DNA of 64,000 nucleotides from Lama guanicoe. Taxonomy: Eukaryota. Under the pieces are notes generated by a model. The model was not told where the DNA came from and searched no databases. It was given only the letters and a program-made list of their open reading frames with translations. The stretch is taken from NCBI GenBank assembly GCA_013239625.1, contig MU053652.1, positions 7,773,027-7,837,026 of the forward strand, in the 5' to 3' direction. The translations under genes and the position numbers were made by a program. Positions 1 to 14,141 of this stretch are shown here, in pieces. Within the stretch, counting starts at the first letter, position 1. Each line of letters opens with the position of its first letter.

Positions 1-1
1 G

Positions 2-328
<327 letters not shown>

Positions 329-1282
329 ATGCGTATTTCTACACATTTAAAACGGAGTAGTTTATGGGTTTTTTTTAAGTCTTTAAAGTTTTATATCTTT
401 TACTAAACTTTTCCAACCTATTTTATTTGACATTTTAGTTTTGAAAACATTTGGAACTTATGCATACTACTACAATACTTTGAAATATCTCTAGATAACT
501 CGAAGTACTTAACTCGTCAATATTTTAAAACCCTCAGTAGCCCAAATAGCAAAACCATCACCCCTTAACATCGGGAAACTGTAGTATTCACGTATTCACT
601 TATTTGGACATAGTGGCGGTGATAATCATTAACTTTTGTTTTTAAGTGAGAAAGTTCAACTCAGAGACCAATGATTTTTACAAGATCTGGCAAAATTTTC
701 CGATTTAATGATTTGTTTACTTTCTTTTTAATCCAATGTCATTTTAATTCCTTGCCATTTTTACCAATGCCTGCTGAAACTCAGTGTCTTGTTCTCCTAA
801 AACTACAGTTAATATATAGCTCTTAAAGTGCCTCTGTCTAGCACACAAATGAAAAGAAACTGAAAAATTTGAAAACACATCATATGAGTCAATTTTTAGA
901 TAAGAAATCTTTTCTAGCAACTCAGACAGGTAACACTGTGTTAAGATATTTGCTCTTCATCCTGGAAATGACTTTCCAATGTGGGTTAGCCTTAACTGCC
1001 AAGTGTGTTCACTTTAATCAGATCCTGTGTTATCTTCGACTGTAAATTTTTGTTCCTGTGCAATAATATAAAATGTTTACCTTACATGTACAAGGGCCAA
1101 GCAAAATTAGACCACCCTCATAGCGTTCTAACTGTAAGGAGTCTTTTCTACAGTTCAAAAGTAGAAACAGTTTCATGGAATAAAATGAACTGGAATGTTC
1201 ACCCCAATTGCATTAGCCCTAAATTGTTTTCTGGGAATACAGATAAATGTTTTCAGGCAATTTCTGCCATGGTTCACTTGTA

Positions 1283-1288
1283 AATAAA
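1283..1288 (+). terminator. TMEM229A: Probable poly(A) signal of TMEM229A (AATAAA), giving a ~1 kb 3' UTR
   Basis: AATAAA followed by T-rich sequence. A second AATAAA lies at 1179-1184. Confidence 0.55.
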
Positions 1289-2819
1289 CATTTTTCTGTT
1301 TCCTTTGGGACCACACAGAGTTCATGGGCCAAGCCCAATGTGTCAATGTGCATTATAAATCAAAGATAGCTTTTTGGTGACTCCTTATTAATGTCTGGAA
1401 GCTCCGAAGTTAAATGAGATCATGTAAACCATTTTAAGAAATCTTATGTCAAATCAATTAATAATGTGCTTTAAATTTGTTTGCTGTTTTTATTCTATTT
1501 AGAAAAAAACAAGTAGAACTGAGCATGGCTCATCCAAGGATGACTAATAACTTCTCAGTTTTCATTACAAAGATAATTAGGAAAATTTAGAGTGTATACA
1601 AATGAATACATATTCTTATTCAAATTATTAGCTGGTCTATGCTGTAAAAAGGGACTTATTTCTGTTTTCAAAAAATGTTTGCTATGGCAGTAAAAACGAA
1701 CATGGATTTAGATTTAAGTCTAACATATGCCTAAGAGTGTTATATTATTTTAATCAGCTATCTGAGGTCATCAGCTAAATTATGCCATGCTGTATGATCA
1801 ACTCCACCTGTGAAATAGAGCCTGTCAAACTGATGTTTTAGCCAGTCAAAGCTGAGTAGAAACTAAACGTTTGCAGAGAATACAAGAGTCACTTCATGAC
1901 ACTTGGTCACAGGTTTAAAAGACTTCTGAAAACCTGTGGAGAAAAAAGTGTCAGTATAGACACTAAAGTTAGTCAGATGCTGAACAAAATACTTGTAATT
2001 CAAATGTGTTATTGTCACACGTGCATGAATCTGAGTTAAGTGTGGCACTACTCCACGCCACACATTTCCGTCAAGACTTAACCAAATCCCTGGCTTCTGG
2101 AATACTCACTCGCTGGATGTACACCCATCCTTCACATGCTGCTCCCCAGCCCTGCCTACCTACTTCCCAGCTTTCTCAGGGTCAGAAATCTGTCAGGAAG
2201 TAGGAACTCCTGCTATTTTGTTTGTGTTGCTTTTAATGTTAATCTTACTTAAAAGAGAGGTCAAGATTTTTCATTCGTTCAGTGCATTCAGGAAATAGTT
2301 ATTGTGAACCCACTGTTTGTCAGGCACTTGCCTGGACCCTGCAGATACAGCAGTGACCCAACGCAGACAAAATATCCGTCCCCCATTCCAGTGCTTTAGT
2401 TTATATGAGATGATACTTATTTGCAGGGCTCCTGTAATAGGCTGTGAGACTGGTCATTGTGAGGGCTCTCATCAGAACTCTCCCCAGAATGTCAATCCAT
2501 CATCTCTAAAACAAAAGCCCAACTCTAAAACGAAAGTCCCTCTGCTAGTTCTATAAAGAGCTCGTTCATACGTATTCAGGAAATCATTATCCCATCTATT
2601 AACTCAGCACCTTTCTTTAGAGCTTCTCATCTGTGTTTACTCAGCTTCTTAAAAGTAACATTTTGCTGCAACTTTGAACCCTTAAGGAAGAAGCAGGGAT
2701 AGGAAAGAACCAGCAGATCAATCTTGTTACTCATTAACTGTTCAGATATAGAAATTATAACTATAAAAATAGTTAATATTTAAGCAGCGCTTACTACCTA
2801 CCAAGAACTGCTCTCGTAT

Positions 2820-3058
2820 CATATATATATAGTTTTAAGTAAGTGTATGTACATATTCGCATATACCTTAAATGACTATATATTATATATATCTTAAGTA
2901 TATCTGTATATAGTTTTAAATAATATATATATCTTAAGATTCATATATGACATATATAAAGATACATATCATATATGATATATATACCTCATGTGTGTAT
3001 GTGTGTGTGTACATTTATATATACATATGTGCATACACACACACACATACACACACAC
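2820..3058. repeat. (TA)n-rich low-complexity tract followed by (TG)n and (CA)n microsatellites
   Basis: Directly visible dinucleotide repeats. Confidence 0.9.
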
Positions 3059-3074
3059 AATTTACTTAAACCTC

Positions 3075-3210
3075 TGGCAACTCTCCTTTTTACATCAGGA
3101 CAATGAAACTGAAGCCCAAAGAGGTTAAGTAACTGCCCAAGTCATACAGCTATTTAGACTAGAATCCAAGTACACTGGACTCCCGGGTCTGTTCTTAAGA
3201 GCAAGACTGT
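3075..3210 (-). mobile_element. MIR SINE fragment
   Basis: MIR core-like 'gaaactgaagcccaaagaggttaagtaactgcccaagtcatacagcta'. Confidence 0.7.
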
Positions 3211-6200
3211 CATACCTCTATTTACTGACCATAGCGATTTTGAATCTTCTAGGGAGTTCACCTCATAACCTGTATTTCTCTTCCTTTGTACTATCCCAGA
3301 TGCGAGGGCAGCTTTATTAAAGCTAGACACTTTAAGCAAAGCCATTCTTTCATGTTGCCTTTTTATTCTCTGGAAAATAACAAAGGCGCTGATACAAGAT
3401 GCAAAACTGACAATCAGCCCGCCTCTAATCCCCAGATGATAATCTTTGTATTCAAGCAGTGCTGTAAAATAGAGTTTCTCATTTGAAGTCCAATAATCTT
3501 GAGTATAAGAAGAATATATTGTAATGCAGGATACCTCCTATCACACGCTAGGAGAAACACCTGTAATTATTGCTACACATTTAATACAGCACTCAGAATG
3601 AGCTTCACCATAAGAGCTAAACAGCCAAAAAATTAAAAGGAAATTTTTTGCAGAGACATTTATTCTGAGTTTGATTAAACTCCTTGCAGTCTAAAAACAC
3701 CATGAGAGAAAAAGATAAGTATGGTTTTCATTCCATGTTTAACTTATACAATACTGAAATTTCTTACTAGAAGTGCTTTAAATTTTAAACCAATTCTATT
3801 TGGGCTCTGAATCTAAACAGAAATACTACTTTTTAAGGTTTTCATGTTGACAATGAATATAGATGTTCCTGTGTTATATAAAGACTCCAATAAGATTGAT
3901 AATCCATTTCAATATTTCACACATTTAACTGTATTTAACTTTGAATATTTTATTATGAATATTTGACATTTCATGTCAAACACAGCTTAGAAAAATATGA
4001 CCTGTTCTTTGTTGCTTAAGAAGTATCTAATCCCTTTAAAAATAATAATAGTTTCTACTGTTTTGAATTAGTCTATGTTGGCATGATGGATCTGGCTCTA
4101 TTTAAGAAGGATGGAGAAGAAGAAGAATTTTGGTTGACTGCTTTGGTTCTCTCTCCACTTCCAAAGCACATAAAAAATCAATATACTTGTATTGGAAGTT
4201 ATACTCATGATACAGACTTGGAGTGATAAGTCATCATATTGTAATAGCTGAAAGCATTTTAATAAAATCAATGTTTGCTTATATTAAAAGGCATTAAAAA
4301 CCCTTTACCTTTTAAATTAATTTTAAATATACTATCTCCAATACATTTTCCAACAGTGCTTAATGGAACTAAGATCCTTTACAGAGGAAGAGTAAGAAGA
4401 AACACCCTTCCCTCGCCTCCATCAAACACCTGCCTCAGTTTATGTGGAAGGGAAAGATGGCGGTAAAAGATGGTTCTGTTGTGTTTCCAATTTTCTTTCT
4501 CTTTCTGCTCTTAGACTTGGTACCAGAGGAACCAACAGAAACAGCAGTTGTCTGTGTGGACCTCTATTCATTAGAATTGGCCTCATTCTAATTTTTAACA
4601 TGCAGACATGAAGCTGTCACACAGGCAATGACTAAAAGTCACTAGCAACCCAAATTGTAAATTAACCTATGATGTGTCTAGAGAAATTTTTCCTTAAGGA
4701 TTTTTTCCCTAATATAAAGAGAATATAAATATTGAGAATTTCCCCTTAATATTTAAATTCTCTTTGCAGAAATAGTCAAACAAATTATCAGACAGCTGCT
4801 AAAAAGAGTGAGAGAGAAAAAAAGAGGCCAGTCTTTGACATACAAAAAGGTTTAATTTTCATCGTAACTTCTTAACAATTCTGTTAGAATCCAAAAATCA
4901 TATGGACCAATTTTCCCATTTAGAAGAAAATATATCTTTATCATAATTAAGAGTAATTAAGAATTGAAAGAAACCATCAAGATTAATAACATCCAGCCTT
5001 CCACCCAAGGCTAGATAGAATCTCTTACATCTCTGACAGATGGTTTCTCAGCTCAGCTTGGACTATTCAAGACAGTATTAATTGTGTTTTTCATGCAAAG
5101 ACTACATGGGTGGAAAGCTGTCCAAGCTGAGCTGATGAACCCTACTGTCTATTTGTGAAGGAAGAAGGCTTCTCAGAGCCTCTAGGAGCTAATACATACC
5201 GTTCAGCCTGCTTGTGTGTTGCAATGAAACATCTTTAAGACATTCTTTTTTCTTTATTTAAAAGACAAAAAATTCAGCATTTTATTATTTTACCATGATA
5301 CTTATGGTCTACTTATCTTATCTTTTCAAGTGATGCTTCATTCACTGAGCCTAAGCAACAAGGCTTTGAGAGCTTTGAGGATAAGTAAAATTAATTCAGA
5401 AAAAAAAATTAGCTGCAAGCATAGGAGTAAAAGATTAAATAGTAGGAACCCTACTTGGGTCATTGGAATCTCAACCTGGTTCAACCTAGGAAAGTCTTTT
5501 GGCTGATACTCAGATATACCTACGGGATACAGCTGGGGGAGTTTCCTGGTAGCTTCCCTGGCAGACCTAAACAGCTTCATCAAGGAGGGGATTGAAAAGA
5601 CACAAGTGTCACAGAAACTTAGGCAGAAAGGACAAAAGATGCCATAGATCAACTCTCCCATCCAAAAAACATTTATAATATTAAGCAGAGTTCTAGCCCC
5701 ACTTTTGATGGGTTTCCAGCAAATATTTATATTACATACAAGATATTTTATTAACATATTATTTATATCCATGTTGAAAATAAAAGTAGTCTCAAAGGAT
5801 CTCAGATTAGGAACTTTAAATATTTGAAAATAATATTGAGAGGAACATGCAGGAAGTTTATATCATATTTTGATTACCCACTAACTTTTAGGAACAAAAA
5901 CTAAATTAAACATGCTCTTGTACATTTCTGAAGAACTATTTTAGTCTTAACTTTTTATTAGAAACAATGAATGGACAGGAAGAAAAAATAAATAAAAAAG
6001 TTCCCCGGAGTACATCAGAACAAGCACTCAGATTCCAAGTACTTAAAAGCAAGTTTAACAAAATGTATCATTGTACTTACTTGTAATGATGATGTTTTCA
6101 GCAAACAAAACAAACAGAAACAAAGGAGTAATAAAGGCAGAAACAGAAACAGTGAACGAGATAGTGTTCAATAGACTCAGAAAGCCCTTGCCTTATTTTT

Positions 6201-7526
6201 CTTTTCTTTGGCTACAATAATTCATTTATAAATATTATTCTAGGATTTTGTACCATGTAAGATTTGAATTACAAAGAAATTTTATGTTCAGAAATACTGC
6301 ATACCCTAAGTTTGGTTGAATACGAAAATGTCCACTTGATTGTACTAATATTTATTCAATGAAATTTCTGAGTTTATTGTTTGTGAAATGATGTTATTGG
6401 ACATGTTCTAAAGTTTTAATAATGTATCACTGATGTGCCTACCCAATGCACAGGTAGAGTCAACGATTTATTAAAATCTAAAATCATGGAACCTGAGAGC
6501 TTGAGGAGATATAATGTCATCTAATTCAACTCCCAGCAGAAAGAACAAGACCTAGATCATTTTTGACAGGTGTCCATTCACCCTTGTCTTGCTCACTTCT
6601 GGTGACAGAAATTTTTGTACTTATTCAGATCCCCCAGGGCCAACTCGTTTCTTTGTTCTATACCTCGGTTGCTAGAAAGTTCTTAACAGTTAAGACCACA
6701 TCTGTAACTTCCACTTATTTTTCCAAGTGTTTCATTCATAGACAAACAGAAGATCAAAGGTTTGAAGAAAGTTTTCAAGTGTATCTTAATTGTCTTACTC
6801 CAGGCTAAACAGCCAGGATCTTTCAGCAGCATATCATAAAGTATACAGCAGTAAAACGATTACGTACTTGATCTAGACACTTTATTTCTGCAAATGCAGG
6901 GCAACATTAAGGTGCTCAAAAAAAATTTTTTTTTTTCGGTGAACTTACATGACATAATTCAATAGTGAAAACAGGAATTAGAAATGCTGCCAGGTGGCAA
7001 CATGTGATTTCAACAAGACATTTATTGATGGAATGTAAATAAGACCTACCATGTACCTAGAAAAAAGGTAGAAATTGCTTAATTTTCTCATATTCGTCCC
7101 TCCTCTGCTCAGCAATTTCTTTTGCTACGTACGGAACTCAGGTAATCCTCTAAGAGTTCAGCCAATATAGGATTTTTTTTAAATTTGTAGGCTATTTAGA
7201 GAACTTAATTACCCTTTAAAACATTATTTCTGAAATACCCATTTTTAAAAAACTGACATGCGCATGAACTGGCTGGCAGTGCAAGTTTTACGATATGACG
7301 CTCTTCGGTTCACAGCTCACTGGTGCCTGTTGATTTTTATCACTGTTTTTGCTGATGACCTTCTGGGACTGGGAAACTTTTGAACAGAAAAATGAAAATA
7401 AAATTCAAACTTAGCCAGACTTAGAAAATCGCCGCTCCTGGCAGACGGTAAATATTTATGTTTTATTATCAATGAATCTGATTCACTTCTTGCTATATTT
7501 TCAACCCCAAATATTACTGGCAGGTA

Positions 7527-8013
7527 GTATTAGTCGGGGTTCTCCGGAGAAACAGAACCAATAGGATGTAAACAGATAATTAGATTTACTGTCAGAATTT
7601 GGCTCACACAATTACAGAAGCTGGTAAGTCCTACGATCTACAGGGTGAGTCTGCAAGCTGGCGGCCCAGGGGAGCCAATGGTGTAGTTACAATCCGAAGA
7701 CCAGCAGGCGCAAGACCCAGGAAGAGCCCATGTTTCAGTTCAAATCTCAGGACAGGTGAAAACCAATGTCCCAGCTTGAACAGAAGGAATTTCCTCCTAT
7801 TCAGAGGTCAGTCTTTTCATTCTATTCAGGCCTTCCAACTGACTGGATGAGGCCCAGCCACATTAGGAAAGACAATCTACTTTACTCCATCTATTGATTA
7901 AAAGATTAAATTCATCCAAAAAACACCTTCACCAAAGTACTCAGAGTAATGACTGACCAAATATCTGGGCACCCTGTGGCCCAGACAAGTTGATACATAA
8001 AATTAATCATCAT
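7527..8013. mobile_element. MLT2-like (ERVL) solo LTR
   Basis: Characteristic ends 'tattagtcggggttctccggagaaacagaaccaatagg' and 'caagttgatacataaaattaatcatca'. Confidence 0.8.
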
Positions 8014-8134
8014 GTAGATCAAAGCATTTGAACCAAAGGAGTAAAAATGAATGTAAGGAAAGTTGAGAAGAGTTCATTTATTCCTCTATTCAATAAATAC
8101 GTAAATGTGTACTGTGTGTTAAAAGTAAATAAGA

Positions 8135-8218
8135 GGAGGGAGGGTAAATCTCGGTGGTAGAGTGTATGTTTAGTGTGCACGAGGTCCTGGGTTCAATCCC
8201 CAGTACCTCCATTTTGAA
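8135..8218 (+). mobile_element. tRNA-Ala-derived SINE (camelid Vic-1-like) with 14-bp TSD
   Basis: tRNA-like body with B box 'ggttcaatccc'. TSD aaaagtaaataaga at 8121-8134 and 8219-8232. Confidence 0.88.
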
Positions 8219-9024
8219 AAAAGTAAATAAGACATATACAATTATTTTTGCATAGAGCAGAGGATACAGATTTTAAAACAAAAGCATGTTACAGAAAGAT
8301 GCTTTTGGAGGAAATAATGATTCAGCCTCTTATACTGGAGAGCGTGTTGGGGAGGTTCTGATGCAAGGTCCAGCAGGCTCAAAGTCCTGGCAAGAGTACA
8401 TAGCAGACCACTGAGTAACTCAGAACCCATTGTGCCTGGTTTAAGAGGGTGGTGGAGGGATGACTGAGACCTGAGTGAGAAGTGACAACTTAAAAACAGA
8501 ATTAATGACCAACAGGCAAGGGGCAGGTCTTGAAATTTTATGGGCACATTAGAGTTTGAGGGGCCATTTCCTAAGGATGTTGACAAGTTACCTAGGGGAC
8601 TTAAGCAGGGAAAGAATTTGCATTTAAAAACAAAAACAAAAACAAAAACATAAACAAAACAAAAAACTGGGATCAGAGAGGATAAGATTAGAGGTAGAGA
8701 AAGGCCAGTTATGAGGCTGTTATACTAAAGGTGAAAGGTGATGGAGAGCTGGACCGGGACTATGACAGTGGAAATGGACTAAAATACAGATTGAGAGAAA
8801 TTTAAAAGTCAGAATAGACAGTGTGTAGCGATAGGATGGTTGTGCATGTTGAGAGAGAGAAGTAGATGCAATTGGCCAAGTGCATATAGACTTAGAGCCT
8901 TGAGAACCTCCTAAAGTAAGTAAAAAGAGGAAGCCTGCAAGAGATCTGGGAATAAATGGTCAGATAGGCAGGAGATCCTGAGAATGCCATATCACCAATA
9001 ACAGTAGAAAGGAGGAGGAGGAGA

Positions 9025-9377
9025 TGTTCAGTATCAACTGCAAAATTAATAAACAGAAACCTCAACTAAATAGAGGTGCGAGACCAGAAGGAGGAGCTCC
9101 CATGCCTAGCAACAAAAGCAGAGCTCAACTGGAAGAAGAAACAGCCCTCTTCCTTCCTGGCAAGAACTCAGCCAATGAAAAGCCATGGACTCTTTGTTTA
9201 CTGTTTCCCTCCCAACTTCCTTTTCCCCTTTGTGAAAGTACTTTCCTTCTCTTGACAGGTGGGGACTTGGATGTGGCTTGCCATGGTTGCAGACCCTGAA
9301 TTGTGCTCCTCTGCTGATCCTGAAAATTCCATCTTTGCTGGGGAAATACCTGGCAGTCTTTTTGTGTTAGGTTGACG
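9025..9377 (+). mobile_element. ERV solo LTR, same family as 16847-17253
   Basis: TG start. Blocks 'gagaccagaagg..gagctc', 'ctcctggcaaga..ctcagccaatga' and 'catggttgcagacc' recur with small differences in the copy at 16847-17253. Confidence 0.75.
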
Positions 9378-9519
9378 CTTCAAACTCAGCTAAAAGTAAA
9401 GTATATTTAAGAACAGAAATTAATGACCACTGTATTTCAGGAGATTCAGGAAGGGGGAGTATTGGCACAGGCGAGAGGATGCTAGATTAAGGTTGCTGTT
9501 TACTTTCCAAGCATGACAT

Positions 9520-9690
9520 GTGTCTGTTCATTTAATTCTCACAGCAACCTGAAGAGGTAGACACTATTATTGTCTCTGTTTTTACATATGCTATGACTGC
9601 CACATGGGAGAGTTAACCATCTGGCCCAAGGCTGTAAGTGACAGAGTCAAGATTTGGACTCAGGCAGTCTGGATCCCAACCTGCATTCTC
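9520..9690 (-). mobile_element. MIR SINE fragment
   Basis: 'catttaattctcacagcaacctgaagaggtag...ggcccaagg' MIR-like motifs. Confidence 0.65.
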
Positions 9691-9860
9691 TAAACACCTA
9701 CACAGAAAGGTGGAAGAAAAGGGAAAGGGTAGGGAGGGGGAAAATCCCTGGGATTGGCATTGCACTGGGTTTGCATGCTGCCCAATATATGCAATCCAAT
9801 AAAGAACCCAGAGTTTGAAGTCAGCTCTACTCAAAGAGAATTTAAATCCATATGTAATGA

Positions 9861-9897
9861 GCACTGGTAGTATAGCGGTGAGCATAGCTGCCTTTCA
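9861..9897 (+). pseudogene. Tailless 5'-half tRNA-Gly(TCC) retropseudogene
   Basis: gcactggtagtatagcggtgagcatagctgcctttca matches tRNA-Gly-TCC nt 1-37 with a few substitutions. Flanked by atgtaatga at 9852-9860 and 9899-9907. Confidence 0.75.
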
Positions 9898-10049
9898 GAT
9901 GTAATGACTAACTTTTATATTTTTGAATCAATCATTCATTCATTCAAGAAAGATTTCTAGAGCACCTGCTAGTTAATAGGCACTGAGAATGCTGTGGGAT
10001 TAAAGATGAGCAAGTCTGACACGAGCTCTACCCTTGATCCCCTACTAAT

Positions 10050-10417
10050 TGTATCCATCAGCTCAGGGGGGCTGCTGATAACACAGGCTGGGTGTCTGAA
10101 GCAACAGAAATTTACTTTCTCACTTCTGGAGGCTAGAAGTCTGAGACCAAAGTTTGGCGGGATTCTTTTTTGTTGAGAGCTCTCTTCCTGGCTTGCAGAT
10201 GGCTGCCTTCTCGCTGTGTCCTCACATGGTATACAGAGAGAAAACTGGTGTTTCTTCTTATAAGGACGCTAATGCTACCAGTTGGGGCCCTTCCCTTATG
10301 ACCTCATTTAACCTTAATTACCTCTGTGATGGGTGTATCCCCAAATACAATCATATTGTGGGGGTTAGAGTTTCAACATATGAATCTGATGGGGGGGGAC
10401 ACAATTCAGTGCATAGC
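10050..10417. mobile_element. MLT1A-like MaLR LTR
   Basis: 'aacagaaatttactttctcacttctggaggctagaagtc' and 'atgacctcatttaaccttaattacctc' MaLR motifs. Confidence 0.8.
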
Positions 10418-10456
10418 ACTTATTCCCTTTTAATTCCCACAATGACCCTGCATGGT

Positions 10457-10512
10457 TATTATTATTACTATTATTATTGTTGTCATTATTATTATTACTA
10501 CTATTATCATCT
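10457..10512. repeat. Imperfect (TAT)n trinucleotide repeat
   Basis: Visible repeat. It explains the poly-Tyr run in ORF 10154-10516. Confidence 0.9.
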
Positions 10513-11809
10513 ATAGCTTATAGATGAAGTTATTGAAACTTATCTGCCACACAGCCAATAAGGCACAGGAATGAGACTCTATTTCAGCATTCTTTTTAGG
10601 CCACATTATCTGTCTCTCGGAAAGTTCAGGGCTGTATCATTTAGACAGGGGAGAAGAACCCAAAGAAAGAGAAAAGGAACATCCTCTTAGTTTTCTCTTT
10701 CTAATGTTATATGATAGAGTTATTTTTCTTATTCTCTCTAGGGTCAAGTTCTATTTTGTCCATCCCTAATTTTAACCTTTCTTAGTCTTTGTACACTGAT
10801 TTCTAAGTGAGCCCATCTTCATTTTCATTTTTTTCTTCAAAGTTAATTTGTTCCTCAGAAAATCAGCTCTCTGGAAACCTCTGGTCGCAGACACTGTGTC
10901 TCCAGGACTTTCTAAGAGCTGAGACAGAGGCCTTAGAGGGCAGCTACACTCAGTGCCAGTTCACTTAATTTCATATAACAGAGTTCTGAGACTAGCATTT
11001 AAAATATTTGACCGGGATATTCAAGAGGACAAAATCAATTTTCCATGTATCATATCTATCATTAGGTAACCACATTTCCATTAAGTGTATAGGGTGTTTA
11101 TTTCTGTTTCAGAAACATGATTCCTGATATTATGTCTGGATGGTCTATAAATAACTACAAATACGCTTATCGATGTGATGTTCTGCTTTTGGTGGTGTAA
11201 AATAGAAAACATAGATAACAAGGTACTGAGTTTTCTTTGCCAAAGGAAAAAAAAATTTTTTAATCCAGAAGATTGCATATTACTTTGGAAGCTGCATGCA
11301 AATCAAGTAAATTAGACAATATCAAAAGGAAACGGTGGCCTCCTAAGAACTCCTCTTGTGGGTTAAATATGCAGTGTATTCCTTCTTCAACTGAAAGCAC
11401 AGCACAGTATTTATCCTCCGGTCTCCCCTGGTGTCAGAAATCATCAGGCTTCCAAAAGCACTAAAAATAGTCTGAGTGAAAATCTCTTGCTGAAGCAGCT
11501 AGATGAACTATTTGAGGTTTAATAAATTCCACATTTCTAAAGTTAACCACACAAATTCTATCACTGGGGTGATATAGTTATTTTCATGGTAAGAAATTCT
11601 GCTGGGGTCACTTGCTGCCCCCAAATAGTTGAAGGAGGTTGATGAAAAGCTTCTCAGAACGGAAAAGGTCAGTGACTGGAGTTAGCTATTCAAAATGGCC
11701 TGTCTATAAAACCACTTTCTTTTCCAGTACCAAACTTTCTTGAAGAGGCCCATTCACCAAAGTAGTTAAATTGTTGATAAATATTTTAATAATCAACTTT
11801 ACTCTATAC

Positions 11810-12006
11810 CAGTGCTGTCCCCTAGAACATTCTGTAGTGAGAAGTGTTCTATATCTGCACTGACCAACAGGATAGTCACTACTGAACAGCTTGACTTTAG
11901 CTAATTCACCCAGAGAGTGAAATTTTAAATTATATTTAAATTTAACTAATTTAGATTAAATAGACACATGGGGCTAGTGGCTACTCTATTGAGTGACAGA
12001 GCTCTA
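11810..12006. mobile_element. MER3-like hAT-Charlie non-autonomous DNA transposon
   Basis: 'cagtgctgtcc...tgttctatatctgcactg...acatggggctagtggctac' resembles MER3. Confidence 0.65.
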
Positions 12007-12012
12007 ACCACA

Positions 12013-12455
12013 TATATTAGTTTTCTAGTGCTTTCATTAGAAAGTACCATAAATTGGGTGGCTTGAAACAACAGAAGTGTATGTCTCACAGTTCTGGAGG
12101 CTAGATGTCTGACATCAAGGTGTCTGCAGTGCTCCCTCGGAAACCTGTGGGAGGCAGTGGTAAATTCTTTCTTGCCTCTTCTAGCTTCTGGTGTTTGCCA
12201 GCAATCTTTGGCATTCCTAGGTTTGTAGAGGCACCACTCCAATCTCTGCCTCTGTCATCATCTGGTTATCCTTTTCTGCCTCTGTGTCCAAAGTTCCTTC
12301 TTCTCATAAGCAACATCAATCATACTGGATTAGAAGACCCCCCAAACTCCAGCAGGACTTCAAACTATTTACATCTGAAAAGTCACATTCTGAAATACTT
12401 GGTGTTGGGACTTCCACGTATTTGGGGTTAGGGAGCATAAGTCAACCCATAAAAC
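12013..12455. mobile_element. MLT1C/D-like MaLR LTR
   Basis: 'aaattgggtggcttgaaacaacagaa...tctggaggctagatgtc...cttgcctcttctagcttctggtg'. Confidence 0.8.
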
Positions 12456-13257
12456 CGTATTTTTAAAAAAATTAACAACTGAGAAAAATATTTTCTTAAG
12501 CTATTATCATAATTAAGGTTACTGGAGGGCTGTCATTTTCAATTGGGTCTATGATCTCCCTATTGGCTCTATTTTAATTTATGTTCAGAATATTTCAGTT
12601 GAGTTCAACTGCTTTCAATTGAAACAAAACTAAATTTTAATTCAGGAAAAAAAGTCCCAGAACAAATGATGCTTTAAATATACCAGAATAGCTCAAATTA
12701 TTAGAGAAATTGTTTTGATACATAAGATTGCTTTTAACTTTCTAAATTTTTAAGTTGAGAACTAATTTATGTAATTATTCTTCTTTTGAGTCCCCTGAAC
12801 CTGTTGCTCTTTTTTCCCCTAAATCAGCACTTGAGAATAAAAAATTTCAAGAACAAATAAGTTTGAGAAAATTTGATTTAAACATCAAGAATTTTTTCTT
12901 TACTGTAGAACTTGTCAGAGATTTTATTAGCTGATATTGGTCATGAGCATCTAAGAACTTGATATAGAATGCAGTGTTTCCCAAATTTTTTGAGTACAGA
13001 ACAGATTTCTTGAGTTGTGTTTGTGCTGCCTTGTGTTTGGGGCTCTCACAAAATGCACTTGGGAAAAACATTACCTTAAATGTATTAACCAACATTCAGC
13101 TCATCCTATTATTCACCCTAATCTTACTGCTGGTAACTCTACAACAAAAGCATTCCTTCTGCCCAGGATTTACATTTATTCAAAGAGTCAAAATTTAAGA
13201 GTAATTTGGGTTCTTCCTTCTTGCATACCTTATAGGCAGTCAATAATCAAGTCTTGA

Positions 13258-13935
13258 AGATTTCTCAAAAAACTAAAAACAGATTTACCATGGGATCCAG
13301 CAATCCCAATCCTCAGTATATATCCAGAGGGAACTCTAATTCAAAAAGGTACACACACCCTAGTGTTCATGGCAGCACTATTTACAACAGCCAAGACATG
13401 GAAACAACCCAAATGTCCATTGACAGATGAGTGGATAAAGAAGTTGTGGTATATTTATACAATGGAATGCTACTCAGCCATAAAAAAGGATAAAATAATG
13501 CCATTTGCAACAACATGCATAGACCTAGAGGTCATCACTCTAAGTGAAGTAAGCCAGAAAGAGAAAGAAAAATACCATATGATAGCACTTATATGTGGAA
13601 TCTAAAAAAAAAAGACACAAATGAACTTATTCACAAAACAGAACGGACTCACAGACATAGAGAAAAAAACTTACGGTTACTAGGGGAGAAAGAGGGTGGG
13701 ATGGGATAAGTTGGGAGTTCGAGATTTGCAGATACTAACTACTCTATATAAAAAAGATAAACAACAGATTTCTCCTGTTAGCACAGGGAACTATATTCAA
13801 TATCTTATAGTAACATATAATAAAAAGCACATGAAAACAAATATACATATATGTATATTTATGACTGAAACTTTATGCTATACACCAAAAATTGACATGA
13901 CATTGTAAACTGACTATACTTCAATAGAAAAAAGT
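13258..13935 (+). mobile_element. 5'-truncated LINE-1 (ORF2 C-terminus, 3' UTR, A tail)
   Basis: Translation [41 protein letters not shown] is the L1 ORF2 C-terminus. 3' end 'gactatacttcaatagaaaaaag'. Confidence 0.93.
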
Positions 13936-14141
13936 ATAGCTAATACTCCCAAAAAATAATAATCAAGTCTTATCACATCTCCTTTAAAATTATAATTTAT
14001 TTTCTTCTCTTTCTGTTTCCTTGGCCTCCAGAGGAAATAGAACTCTAATGTGACAGTCTCATATTTTTTCCCCCTAACTGGAATTTCTATAGAATTCAAT
14101 CTATCTGAACTAACCTTCCTTAAATACAAATGTCATTACAT

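Noticed and set aside
5338..5772. Longer unexplained ORFs (5338-5772, 16232-16678, 25043-25483, 32954-33412, 33707-34105)
   Set aside because: No recognisable domains. They are low-complexity or repeat-derived and of lengths expected by chance.
13363..13605. ORFs resembling L1 ORF2 (also 20123-20440 and 57105-57293)
   Set aside because: Fragments of truncated LINE-1 copies, not host genes.
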